IMG/VR virus record: IMGVR_UViG_3300025299_000102
DNA length: 64,000 nucleotides
Reading direction: 5' to 3' (one strand)
From: a virus
Taxonomy: Duplodnaviria; Heunggongvirae; Uroviricota; Caudoviricetes
The translations under genes were made by a program, and so were the position numbers. Position 1 is the stretch's first letter; every line of letters begins with the position of its first letter. This document shows positions 55,525 through 64,000 of the stretch, piece by piece. Below the pieces are notes generated by a model. That model did not search any database. It was not told the origin of the DNA and was given only the letters and a program-made list of their open reading frames with translations.

Positions 55525-56700
55525 ATGACTATCACTTGCCTGAGCCAGGTTGCATTGCATTGCAAAGACGGTAGCAGCGACAAGCTGTACATTATCCAGG
55601 TGCAGGAGGAGACTACTGCGGCTGGAACTAAGTACAAGACTGTGGGCTACTACGGTCGTAGGGGCGGCACCTTGAACACCTCTCAGAAGTTTGAGGGGCC
55701 TAGTCTCGCAGCCGCAAATGCGAAATCCAATGCCTTGGAAAAGGAGAAGCGGGGCAAGGGTTACGACGACTATACAGACCCAATTCCTGGGATGCCTTCG
55801 GCTGCACCTAAGTTCGGCGGTCCTGCGGTGGCATCTGCTGCGGCTGCAGTAGCTGCTGCGGTGCCCCCTAAGAAGGCATCCGTAGGGCCGCTGCCTATGC
55901 TCGCTGAAGTCGCGGACGAAGCTCGTGCAGAAGTGCTGATGTCCGACCCAGACTGGGTGGGGCAAAAGAAGTACGACGGTGAGCGCGTGACGGTTTCTAT
56001 TCGTCGAAACGGTATCCAGGCATATAACCGAAAAGGCGAGGAGCGCGCACTGTCCGGGCCGGCAGAAGCTTCTTTGAAGCGACTGGTTGCACGTACGGAC
56101 TTCAGCGATGACCGTGAGACGGTTCTCGATGGTGAACTGATGGGTGACGTGTACGTTGCCTATGACGTCCTTGTTCTGCGCGATAACGACATTCGCAAGA
56201 CGTCGTACGAAGAACGTTACTATCAGCTGGAAGCGCTGCTCGAAGACAACCTCGGGCTGCTGGCCGAAACCGCCTGGACCGAAGAGGCAAAGCGTGCCAT
56301 GTACGCTCGTGCCTTGAAAGAGGGTTGGGAAGGCATGATGTTCCGTAATGTGGAAGGCAACTACGTTACCGGACGCACGCCGCTCCTGCTGAAGTTCAAG
56401 CTCTGGGCTACTGCAACTTGCCGTGTTTTGACGGTGAACTCGAAGCGTTCTGTTCAACTCGCCCTGCGAGACGAACACGACAACGAACAGTTCTGCGGCA
56501 ATGTCACGGTGCCGGTCAATCAGGACATCCCTACCGGCGATGACCTGGTCGAAGTTCGCTACCTCTATGCAATGGAAGGTGGCAGCTTGTACCAACCAGT
56601 GCTGATTCGTGTGCGTACAGACATCGATGAGGCAGACCTGCGTTCAACCCTGCGACAAGCACCGCCAGAAAAGCGTGAACCTCTGGCTGCTGCCGCATAA
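55525..56700 (+). CDS. ATP-dependent DNA ligase with N-terminal WGR domain
   Basis: WGR-like KLYIIQV...VGYYGRRGG...KGY; ligase motifs KKYDGERV (I), DGELM (III), EGMMFR (IV), LLKFK (V). Confidence 0.8.
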   Translation: MTITCLSQVALHCKDGSSDKLYIIQVQEETTAAGTKYKTVGYYGRRGGTLNTSQKFEGPSLAAANAKSNALEKEKRGKGYDDYTDPIPGMPSAAPKFGGPAVASAAAAVAAAVPPKKASVGPLPMLAEVADEARAEVLMSDPDWVGQKKYDGERVTVSIRRNGIQAYNRKGEERALSGPAEASLKRLVARTDFSDDRETVLDGELMGDVYVAYDVLVLRDNDIRKTSYEERYYQLEALLEDNLGLLAETAWTEEAKRAMYARALKEGWEGMMFRNVEGNYVTGRTPLLLKFKLWATATCRVLTVNSKRSVQLALRDEHDNEQFCGNVTVPVNQDIPTGDDLVEVRYLYAMEGGSLYQPVLIRVRTDIDEADLRSTLRQAPPEKREPLAAAA

Positions 56701-56788
56701 AACACCTCACTCGGCCCGGTCACTTTTGTGACTGGGCCTTTTTCTATACTGGGTTTCGGCGCGTTGGCGTCTTTTCTCAGAAAGAACC

Positions 56789-57754
56789 ATGTTTTATCGA
56801 AAAAATAGTGAAGGTGAGGTCCTGACGCAGGAATCCCTGGTAGCAGAGCTTCTCAAAGAGCGAAAGCGTGACCGGCGCGCGGGCCTGTTGAAAACCGCGT
56901 TCTTCGTGCTGGCGGGTATCGCATATTTTTGGTGGTGGTCGGCCATCTTCAATTTTGGTGGCGCTCAGGGTGAGGTTGAAACGAGCAAGCCATTTGCGGC
57001 CGTCGTCAAGATTTCAGGCATGATTAGCCCTGACAGTGAAGCCAGCTACGAAGTATTGGCCCCTACACTCAAAAAGGCGTTTGAGCATCCCAACTCCAAA
57101 GGCGTGGTCTTGGCCATCAACAGCCCTGGCGGCACGCCCGTGCAGTCTGCACTCATCCACGACCTCATTGTCAAGCTGAAGAAAGAAACCGGCAAGCCGG
57201 TGGTTGCGGTCGGCGAAGATATGATGACATCTGGCGCCTACATGATTGCTGTTGCGGCTGACCAGCTTGTCGTCAATCGCTCAACCGTAACTGGCTCGGT
57301 AGGGGTGATTTCTTCCGGCTTCGGATTTAGCGGGTTGATGGATAAGCTCGGTGTCGAGCGCCGTGTTGCGACTGCCGGCCAGTCCAAAAATCTCCTGGAC
57401 CCGTTCAGCCCTCAGACCGAAAACAGCATCGCAAAGCAGCACGAGCTGCTGTCGGCTATCCACGGGCACTTCATCGACATCGTTAAAGCAGGGCGTGGCG
57501 ACCGGCTAGACCTGCATACCAAAGGCCTTTTTGAAGGCACTGTCTGGACAGGCGAGGAAGCAGTGAAGCTCGGCGTGGTGGATGAACTGGGTGACATGCA
57601 GGGTGCTGCTAAGAAGTACCTCGGTGTCGATACCGTTGTCTCGCTGTCCCGCCGGAAGCCAATGCTTCAATCCTTGCTGGATACCGCTGGAGTCAAAGTG
57701 GCAAACTCGGTCATCAACAGCTCGGTTCAAATGCCAATGGCAACCTTCCAGTAA
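56789..57754 (+). CDS. sppA: S49-family peptidase (SppA/SohB-like)
   Basis: N-terminal TM; GKPVVAVGEDMMTSGAYMIAVAAD...GSVGVISSGFGFSGLMDKLGVE catalytic Ser/Lys regions of S49. Confidence 0.75.
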   Translation: MFYRKNSEGEVLTQESLVAELLKERKRDRRAGLLKTAFFVLAGIAYFWWWSAIFNFGGAQGEVETSKPFAAVVKISGMISPDSEASYEVLAPTLKKAFEHPNSKGVVLAINSPGGTPVQSALIHDLIVKLKKETGKPVVAVGEDMMTSGAYMIAVAADQLVVNRSTVTGSVGVISSGFGFSGLMDKLGVERRVATAGQSKNLLDPFSPQTENSIAKQHELLSAIHGHFIDIVKAGRGDRLDLHTKGLFEGTVWTGEEAVKLGVVDELGDMQGAAKKYLGVDTVVSLSRRKPMLQSLLDTAGVKVANSVINSSVQMPMATFQ

Positions 57755-57772
57755 GGCTGTAAGGCCTTCTAA

Positions 57773-57997
57773 CTAGCCGCCGCGCTCTTCGGAGTCGGCG
57801 GCTTCTTCATGTTCAACAAGCTCGACCTCGTTGAAGCCATCCATGAACGACACCGCAACCAGGTATCCGGACGCCAGCGTTAAGGCGAGCGCAATAAAGT
57901 CAAACTCGGCGCCAGTGAGTGCTGTTTCAGCATGGCAGATGCCGGACAAGATGAAGAAACTGAGGTAGAGTCCTTGTGGCGCGCTAGTCCAGCTCAT
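57773..57997 (-). CDS. small membrane protein
   Basis: Internal ATG chosen to avoid 76-nt overlap with next gene. Confidence 0.3.
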   Translation of the reverse strand: MSWTSAPQGLYLSFFILSGICHAETALTGAEFDFIALALTLASGYLVAVSFMDGFNEVELVEHEEAADSEERGG

Positions 57998-58044
57998 TAC
58001 CCAAGTCTCCTTGAGTCCGCGGCCTACTCTTCGAAGTAGTGTGC

Positions 58045-58449
58045 TCACATTGCGGCCTTCGGCGTGCGCACATAGCAAAGCAGTAGCCGCAGCAGCGCGA
58101 ACAGGCACCAACCAGACCAAACCAGCGTGGCAGTGTCAACAACACCCCGGCTGCCAAACAGCGATACCACGGTAACAATCAGCCAGCTGCACGCGGCTTG
58201 GGCTATGTACAGGCCACCTACAGCGCCTGAAAGTCGTGCAGGTAGAGCCCAGAATACGAGGATGGTCAGTGTCGACGCCAGGATAGTGAAAAGACTGGGC
58301 TGACCTACCAGGTACTGCACCAGCATGTCAGCGGCGACGGCGCCAACCAACCAGCCGCGCGCCTGGCCAGGCGTAGCCTTCCAGTACGGGTCCGTAAAGT
58401 CAACACGTAAGGTTAGCGGGTCGAGGAATCGTTTGATAAGAAACAGCAT
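58045..58449 (-). CDS. membrane protein
   Basis: 4 TM helices. Confidence 0.4.
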   Translation of the reverse strand: MLFLIKRFLDPLTLRVDFTDPYWKATPGQARGWLVGAVAADMLVQYLVGQPSLFTILASTLTILVFWALPARLSGAVGGLYIAQAACSWLIVTVVSLFGSRGVVDTATLVWSGWCLFALLRLLLCYVRTPKAAM

Positions 58450-58460
58450 GGCCTAAGACA

Positions 58461-58682
58461 TCATACTTGTGAAAGAGAGGGTGCCGCCTGTTCGTCGTCG
58501 TCGGAAGAAGTATCCTCGTCATCCAGTCGAACGCAGGCTTCGCTGGTCTCTCCAGGCACGCACAGAAATACTTGCGAGGCAGGGGCCGGCACCAAGTGCT
58601 GGCCAATGTTCAGTCCCATGCCAAAAAGCATACCCACCACCAGCACGAGGGCGGACAACTTCAAGGCCCCTAAAACTCTCAT
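58461..58682 (-). CDS. small membrane protein with acidic tail
   Basis: ATGA overlap with upstream gene. Confidence 0.35.
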   Translation of the reverse strand: MRVLGALKLSALVLVVGMLFGMGLNIGQHLVPAPASQVFLCVPGETSEACVRLDDEDTSSDDDEQAAPSLSQV

Positions 58683-59170
58683 GGAGCGTTGACCGCCGGC
58701 GCCATGCCTGACCGTTCCCCGAATGTGCCAAGCAGTCGGCGACCAACTGCGTAACGCCAAGCAAAGAACGACGTGACGGCCACCACGGGCCAGGTAATCG
58801 CCGGCGCGTTGCCGGCGGCGGCCAGCACTGGGCGCATTGCATTGAGAATCGGCCCTGCCAGCACCAGGGCACAGACGAGCAGCAGACCGCCGCCGGCGAT
58901 GGATAGGACGCTTGCGGGCTTCAGGTTCTCAAACTTCGGCTCGATGAATAACAAAGACAGCCAACCAGCTGCGAAGTAGGCGCAGTGGCGCTGGAAGGTG
59001 CCGCGCTGCGACTCTTTCAGCAGCTGAGCATAGAGGCGATTTTGCCAAACTTGTGGGTTCATGTCGCTAGTATAACCAAATTCAGTAATTGCGCAAGTGC
59101 TATACCGGATAGGCCATTTTGCCAGCGTATTGCTGGTGTAACTACTTTGAGGAAAAATCATGAGCACCAA
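58679..59170 (-). CDS. membrane protein
   Basis: 4 TM helices; start uncertain. Confidence 0.4.
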   Translation of the reverse strand: MVLMIFPQSSYTSNTLAKWPIRYSTCAITEFGYTSDMNPQVWQNRLYAQLLKESQRGTFQRHCAYFAAGWLSLLFIEPKFENLKPASVLSIAGGGLLLVCALVLAGPILNAMRPVLAAAGNAPAITWPVVAVTSFFAWRYAVGRRLLGTFGERSGMAPAVNAP

Positions 59171-59492
59171 CAGTGAATGCCTGTTTATTCAAGTGCGAGC
59201 CGACCAATGGTATTACGTACTGGAGGACTCCAATGCACCAAAAAATGCATGGGACTGGCGCGAATATGCCACTGCATACGGCCCCTTCCCCTCGGAAGAT
59301 GCCGCTGATGAGCATCTCCGGGACAACCATTCAAATCCAGGCGGGGCGACTATTCAATCGTTGGCTGACGGTGAAACTGAGCTGAGCCTCGAAAAAGATG
59401 GCGTGCTTAAGAAGCTTATCGAGGAGGCGCCGAAAAACACTCGACCAACAGGCCATAGCTCGTTTGGGTTCGGCATTCGTCGTCGGTTCTAA
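59160..59492 (+). CDS. hypothetical protein (110 aa)
   Basis: ORF. Confidence 0.45.
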   Translation: MSTNSECLFIQVRADQWYYVLEDSNAPKNAWDWREYATAYGPFPSEDAADEHLRDNHSNPGGATIQSLADGETELSLEKDGVLKKLIEEAPKNTRPTGHSSFGFGIRRRF

Positions 59493-59516
59493 ATCTCTTC
59501 CAAAGCTCCGTGCATC

Positions 59517-60083
59517 TTGATGCCGGAGCTTTTTCTATACTCAGAATCGGCGCTCAGCGCCTCTTCTTTTGTGACTATGACTGGACGCGGACATCGATGG
59601 ACTGGGCTGGGCGCGGCCTTTATGGCGGCCGCGTTGGCGCGGCTTAGCGGCATGCCGGAGTTTTCCGAAATCGCTGCAGCTGTTGTTGCCGCTTTCTCAA
59701 CAACCATGCCTGACTGGATTGAAATTCCGTTCTACCGCGACGGCGTCCGCACTGGTTCTTTGATTACTCACCGAACGATAACCCATTGGCCCCCGCTTTG
59801 GGCCAGTCTGATTGCTTGGTGTGCCCACGATGGCTCCATCATTGGCGCCATCGGCATCGGCGCTGCAGTCGGGTCGCTCTACCATATTTTCGGTGACGCC
59901 CCGAATCCGATGGGAGTCCCATGGTTGCTGCCGCATAAGCGCCTTCGCTTCGGTAAGAAGGGGTGGTGGCGCTCTGGACAACACGAAATCCTGATGACGC
60001 TGTTCTTCACTGCTCTCGGCTTTTTGACGTGGCACTTTGCCGGCGGCACCGCGGCCTACGACTTGACAAAATCTGTACTTTAA
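59517..60083 (+). CDS. membrane-bound metal-dependent hydrolase-like protein (DUF457/YdjM-like)
   Basis: TM-rich with conserved His (HRTITHWPP, HDGS, YHIFGD); tentative. Confidence 0.35.
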   Translation: MMPELFLYSESALSASSFVTMTGRGHRWTGLGAAFMAAALARLSGMPEFSEIAAAVVAAFSTTMPDWIEIPFYRDGVRTGSLITHRTITHWPPLWASLIAWCAHDGSIIGAIGIGAAVGSLYHIFGDAPNPMGVPWLLPHKRLRFGKKGWWRSGQHEILMTLFFTALGFLTWHFAGGTAAYDLTKSVL

Positions 60084-60139
60084 GGTACATTTCGTTATCA
60101 GTTAACCTTCTTTGTAGTGCCGCCGCCGATACACGTCCT

Positions 60140-60499
60140 ATGAACTCGTTGCACATCAATTTACCGCACGCACAGCGTCCCTTCGGGCCGTCGCAGGTAT
60201 TGATGTATTACGACGGCCCGTTGCTCTTCTGGCTGCCATGTGATGGCCGCCGGCTGCTGGCAATGGCCATCCTGGGTTCCGAGTATCGCTATCCGTTTTT
60301 AGTTCTTGAGCTCTCCGACGCACAGGTTCTTGCGCTGGAGTCCAATCAGCTGTCCTTGCGCGCGGCTTCGCTCGAGGCCCAGGCTACATGGGTGATTCCT
60401 GACTACGATGCTGAAGAGTTGGCGCTCGTGCCACTGGCAGCTATTCCGGATGAGTGGCTGGCTGGAGACGTTTTCTTGAAGCCAAAGGCCAGCGCATGA
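60140..60499 (+). CDS. hypothetical protein
   Basis: ATG 60140; ATGA overlap with next gene. Confidence 0.45.
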   Translation: MNSLHINLPHAQRPFGPSQVLMYYDGPLLFWLPCDGRRLLAMAILGSEYRYPFLVLELSDAQVLALESNQLSLRAASLEAQATWVIPDYDAEELALVPLAAIPDEWLAGDVFLKPKASA

Positions 60500-60855
60500 C
60501 CGTCGCTCTCTATGGGTCGATGACAAGCCCTGACATCCTGGCCCAGCTAGACAAAGCCAAACTGCAGCCAGAGAAATGGTCTGTTTACTTGGTTCGGGGT
60601 AATTCCTGTCAGCGAACGGTGGCGCAAAACAAGCTTTTCCGGTCGGTACTTCGGAAACTGGCACAGCAGACCGGCCGCCCTGTCCAGTACTGGAGCGACT
60701 TCCTGGTCGAGCGTTTCTTGGGCTACGATGAGGTCATCACCGAAGACGGGTACAAGCGCAACGTATTGCCGTCTACTGCAGATTTAACGGTGGCTGAGTT
60801 CACTGACTTCCTCAATGCCTGCCTGATTTTCGCCTCCGAGAATCAAATTAGCTAA
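60496..60855 (+). CDS. NinB/Orf-like recombination mediator (tentative)
   Basis: CQRTVAQNKLFRSVLRKLAQQTG resembles the NinB/Orf-family QN..LH..L..IA.Q.G motif. Confidence 0.4.
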   Translation: MTVALYGSMTSPDILAQLDKAKLQPEKWSVYLVRGNSCQRTVAQNKLFRSVLRKLAQQTGRPVQYWSDFLVERFLGYDEVITEDGYKRNVLPSTADLTVAEFTDFLNACLIFASENQIS

Positions 60856-60999
60856 GCAAATCAGCTATACAGTCTGATGTCGAATCCGACCATTGGCTTG
60901 CATTAAGCCAATGTTTTGTCGCGCGTGGTAGACATATACATATTTCCACGTTATACTACTCGACAAATTCCCTTCGTGTTTACCTCAAGGACTTACTGT

Positions 61000-61869
61000 A
61001 TGCTGAAGAAAACCCTGGTGGCGATGGCTGCCGTTATTGGCGGCGCCGCCGCTATGCCTGCCCTGGCGGCCAATGCACTGAAGTGCGAGCCGCCGGTGGT
61101 GCAGGTGCCTGCTGACCTCGAAACCGGTGTCGCACAATACACCGTTCAATGCGTGGGCGCCAATGGCCTGGCCGTAACCCCATCCGTGCTGTTCTCCGGT
61201 GAAGTCTGGGCACACGGCACTCCTCCGTACGACATTAAAGCGTCGTACAGCATCGACATCCGCGGCGCTCACGCCAAGAAAGTCGGGCTGGATGCTCGCG
61301 ACGACCAAGTCGCAAACGGCGTCATCCGCGCCAGCACCGTTTCGGTTGCATCGTTGCCGTCTCAGTTTGCCGCCCAGACTGAATGGGACGCCAAGTCAAG
61401 CACCCTGTCCATCGAAGAAAAGCCTGGCGTGTGGCGCGCCTTCGTCATCGACCATGTTGCCGACGCTGGCGACTCACTGTCCGACGCTGGTGAAGCTTCC
61501 GCGCCAGTTAAGAATGGCCGCTCGAATTCCAAAGTAATTCTCGGCAAGACGTATTCACGCTTTGCGGGCAAGGGCGCCGACCAGCCCATCGTGACTGCTC
61601 AGCTGGGTCTGCGCGACGGCAAATTTGAAGTGCTGCTGGGTGAAACTCGCGCGGCAGGCCAGCAGGCTGTGCAAGATGCGCTGCTGAAGCTGGACAAAAA
61701 GCCTACCGATGTTACTCGCGCGTGGGCGCTGGCGGCCGTTGCCCAGTTCCTGGGCCTGTCGGATGAAGTGCGCTACGCCGAAATGAAGGTTGCGGCACAC
61801 AACCCGCAACTGCTGGAAGAATTCCAGCAGAACGTGCAGCGTATCAAGCCTTACCAACTGGCTCGTTAA
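61000..61869 (+). CDS. secreted protein (290 aa)
   Basis: Signal peptide MLKKTLVAMAAVIGGAAAMPALA; AAGGA RBS. Confidence 0.5.
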   Translation: MLKKTLVAMAAVIGGAAAMPALAANALKCEPPVVQVPADLETGVAQYTVQCVGANGLAVTPSVLFSGEVWAHGTPPYDIKASYSIDIRGAHAKKVGLDARDDQVANGVIRASTVSVASLPSQFAAQTEWDAKSSTLSIEEKPGVWRAFVIDHVADAGDSLSDAGEASAPVKNGRSNSKVILGKTYSRFAGKGADQPIVTAQLGLRDGKFEVLLGETRAAGQQAVQDALLKLDKKPTDVTRAWALAAVAQFLGLSDEVRYAEMKVAAHNPQLLEEFQQNVQRIKPYQLAR

Positions 61870-61932
61870 TCACACCTGCACCATGCGTCGGCTGCGGCCG
61901 GCGCTCTTCTTTTATCCTTGAAGGATTGACTG

Positions 61933-64000
61933 ATGAAACTGAAGACCATTGCCCTCGCGATGATGCTCGCGACCGGTAGCGCGTATGCCGCGCCGGCGCT
62001 GCAAACCTGCTCTCCAATGGAGGTGACCCACAACGGCGCTGCGGGCATCTCCTACAGCCTCTCTTGCGAAGCTGGTGGATGGGCGCTGAAGTACACCGGC
62101 TCCGTGCCAGCTGGTGCAGATGCGATTACTGCGCAGTACCGCGTCCAGGTTCGCAATGCCGACGGCGCTAACTTCACCAACAACCGCGCTGTACGCCTGC
62201 CGTCCCCAGCGATGCTGGGTCAGGCCTTGGTCCGCGAGGCTATCGTTCTGGACAATGGCGACCTGGCTTTGCGTGATTGCCCTGACTTTGGCTGTACCCT
62301 GTACCGCCCCCTGGGTAACGCCGAAAAGCTTGCCAAAGCGACCATCACGATTACCCCTGAGGTTAAACGCCTCAATGAAGAAGCCCTTCGCTTGACCCAG
62401 GAATTGGCTGCCCGCCAGATTCAGCTGGATGCCCAAAAAGCTGATATCGAGGTGCTTAAGGCATTAGCCCAGCACCGTGCGGACCAGCTCGCTGCAGCTG
62501 AAAAGTCCCTGGCAGACCTGCAAGGCGCCTTCCAGGCTGCGAAGGAGCAGAATGCGGCGGACATTGCCGGCTTGCTGCAATCCAGTCAGGCCGACCTGAA
62601 AAAAGCCAGCGAGGCAGCGGACGCCAAGGCAAACGGTCAGATGGCCAGTATGTCGTCGCAGCTGGCCGCCGCTGGCGCCTCTCTGGCAAAAGCTCAAGCT
62701 GACTTCAACGAGTGCTCGTTGGCACACAATGAAGCCGCAGCCGCACAGAAAAAGGCATCCGAAGACGTCGAGTCGCTCAATAAGAAGCTTGTCGACCTGC
62801 AGGAGGCCTTGGCTGCCGCAGGCGAGAAGCTGAAAACCGAGCAAGACGGCTTCGCTTCCGAGCGCAACGACCTGCAAACAAAACAAGCCCAGCTGCTTTC
62901 TGCGAAGAACTCCGACCTCGCAACGGCTCAAGCAAGCCTTTCCGGCGCCAACAGCCAAGTAGCGGACCTGTCTGACCAAGTTGCCGGCCTGGAACGCGCT
63001 CTCAACTTGGCTCAGCAGGAGTTGAAATCAGCCAAGGACGCTCTTGTTGCCCGCGATGCTGAGTTCAGCGCCAAAACTACTGAACTGGTTGTTCAGCGTG
63101 CTGACCTGGAAGCCGCACATGCGGCCGCCCGACAAGCTATTGCGGAATTGAAGTCGCACCATGCTGCACAGGTTGAAAACCTGCAAGCTTCCTTCAACAA
63201 AGCGTCGGATGAACTTGCCGCTTTGTCCGCAAAGGCAAATGCCAAGGAACTGGAGCTGGCTGAAAAAGTGGCCAGCCAGTCTAAGCTGGCCGCGGAGCAG
63301 GACGCAGACCTGCACGACGTGCGCTCGCGTGTGGAGCTCGCAGCAAGTCAGCTCGAGCAACAGGCAAAGAAGGTTGCGGACCTGGAGCAAAGCTTGGCGG
63401 CCGCCCGGCAGACCATTGCTGAGGCTCAGAACGCCAAAGCAGATAACCTGGCTGCGCTGGATGAAGCAGTCGCCTCTACGAGTGAAGCCCGTGCGGTGGC
63501 TGAGCAACGTGCACAGCAACTGGCAGAAGCCCAAAAAGCGTTGGATGACTGTTCTGCAGCTCATCAGCGGGAACTCGCAGCACTCACGGCTAGCCTCGCC
63601 GCAAACCAATCGACCACGGAAGCAGAAGTCGGCGACCTCAGAAAGGAAGTTTCCGGCCTGACCACTGAACGCAACGTTGCCAAGGAAGAAACTTCTCGCC
63701 TTACGGCTGAGCTGGCCGAGCTCAGCGCCGCCATGGACAAACTCGAGCTTGAGCGCACGGATGCGTTGAAGGGCGCCCAGACTGTGGCCAAAGAGATGCT
63801 TGCGGCCTTGGACCAATTCCAGGAGCTGCTGGCAGCCAAAGCCGACGTCGACAAGGCGCTGGAGACCACCACCAACAAAGTTTTCGAACTGTCGACTAAG
63901 CTCGATGCGGCAAACCTTACCCGCGACCTGGCAATGCAAGCCGCAACCGCCGCTAATTCGGATGCAGATACCCAGGCGCTGAAGAATCAGGAACTGGCAC
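61933..64000 (+). CDS. large secreted coiled-coil protein (partial; continues beyond window)
   Basis: Signal peptide MKLKTIALAMMLATGSAYA; Cys-containing N-domain then >550 aa continuous Ala/Glu/Leu/Gln coiled-coil; no stop before window end. Confidence 0.6.
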   Translation, partial: MKLKTIALAMMLATGSAYAAPALQTCSPMEVTHNGAAGISYSLSCEAGGWALKYTGSVPAGADAITAQYRVQVRNADGANFTNNRAVRLPSPAMLGQALVREAIVLDNGDLALRDCPDFGCTLYRPLGNAEKLAKATITITPEVKRLNEEALRLTQELAARQIQLDAQKADIEVLKALAQHRADQLAAAEKSLADLQGAFQAAKEQNAADIAGLLQSSQADLKKASEAADAKANGQMASMSSQLAAAGASLAKAQADFNECSLAHNEAAAAQKKASEDVESLNKKLVDLQEALAAAGEKLKTEQDGFASERNDLQTKQAQLLSAKNSDLATAQASLSGANSQVADLSDQVAGLERALNLAQQELKSAKDALVARDAEFSAKTTELVVQRADLEAAHAAARQAIAELKSHHAAQVENLQASFNKASDELAALSAKANAKELELAEKVASQSKLAAEQDADLHDVRSRVELAASQLEQQAKKVADLEQSLAAARQTIAEAQNAKADNLAALDEAVASTSEARAVAEQRAQQLAEAQKALDDCSAAHQRELAALTASLAANQSTTEAEVGDLRKEVSGLTTERNVAKEETSRLTAELAELSAAMDKLELERTDALKGAQTVAKEMLAALDQFQELLAAKADVDKALETTTNKVFELSTKLDAANLTRDLAMQAATAANSDADTQALKNQELA

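Noticed and set aside
63028-63939. 303-aa minus-strand ORF within the coiled-coil gene
   Set aside because: Antisense of a repetitive GC-rich coiled-coil coding region; Leu/Gln/Cys-rich with no start context.
1-64000. CRISPR arrays, rRNA genes, integrase/attachment sites, partition (ParAB) genes
   Set aside because: Looked for regularly spaced direct repeats, rRNA-like conserved stretches and tyrosine/serine recombinase motifs; none seen, so the mode of maintenance (lytic phage versus episome) cannot be decided from this window.

Overview
This 64 kb GC-rich window is densely coding (about 85 predicted genes, no rRNA, no CRISPR array) and has the look of a large (jumbo-type) phage or phage-like accessory element of a proteobacterium rather than core chromosome. 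It combines nucleic-acid-metabolism and translation-related genes that phages often carry. These are a glutamine-dependent NAD+ synthetase (NadE), a T4 Rnl1-type RNA ligase, a peptidyl-tRNA hydrolase (PTH2), a 5'-3' flap exonuclease, a PIN-PhoH protein, a VRR-NUC nuclease, a DNA ligase with an N-terminal WGR domain, a type IA topoisomerase, a CobS/CobT-like AAA+/vWA pair, two MYG1/UPF0160 hydrolase paralogs, and an N-terminally truncated threonyl-tRNA synthetase homolog. Host-type accessory functions sit alongside them: an H-NS-family protein, an FKBP peptidyl-prolyl isomerase, a flotillin/SPFH protein, a histone-deacetylase-family enzyme, an S49 peptidase, a Tat-secreted YcbK/M15-like peptidase, a TraR/DksA zinc finger, and many small membrane or secreted proteins. 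I found four candidate systems worth following up. First, a Thr-codon-rich leader peptide plus an intrinsic terminator sits immediately upstream of the ThrRS-like gene, a thrL-style ribosome-mediated attenuator on an aminoacyl-tRNA synthetase. Second, there is an oversized (128 nt) tRNA-like RNA gene with a canonical T-arm, acceptor stem and CCA but an expanded anticodon region, with its own extended -10 promoter and terminator. Third, a structured ~230 nt promoter-to-terminator RNA lies directly upstream of a vWA/MIDAS protein whose architecture resembles Ro60/TROVE, a possible Y-RNA-like RNP. Fourth, there is a translationally coupled minimal ABC-type ATPase plus unknown partner. Other observations are a large Hsp90-like GHKL ATPase with a downstream partner, an IS200/IS605-family TnpB-only insertion, recurring TATACT -10 promoters often fused to terminator hairpins, operator-like palindromes, and two AT-rich islands in an otherwise GC-rich sequence. 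All functional calls are from motif-level reading of the translations and have not been confirmed by database searches.
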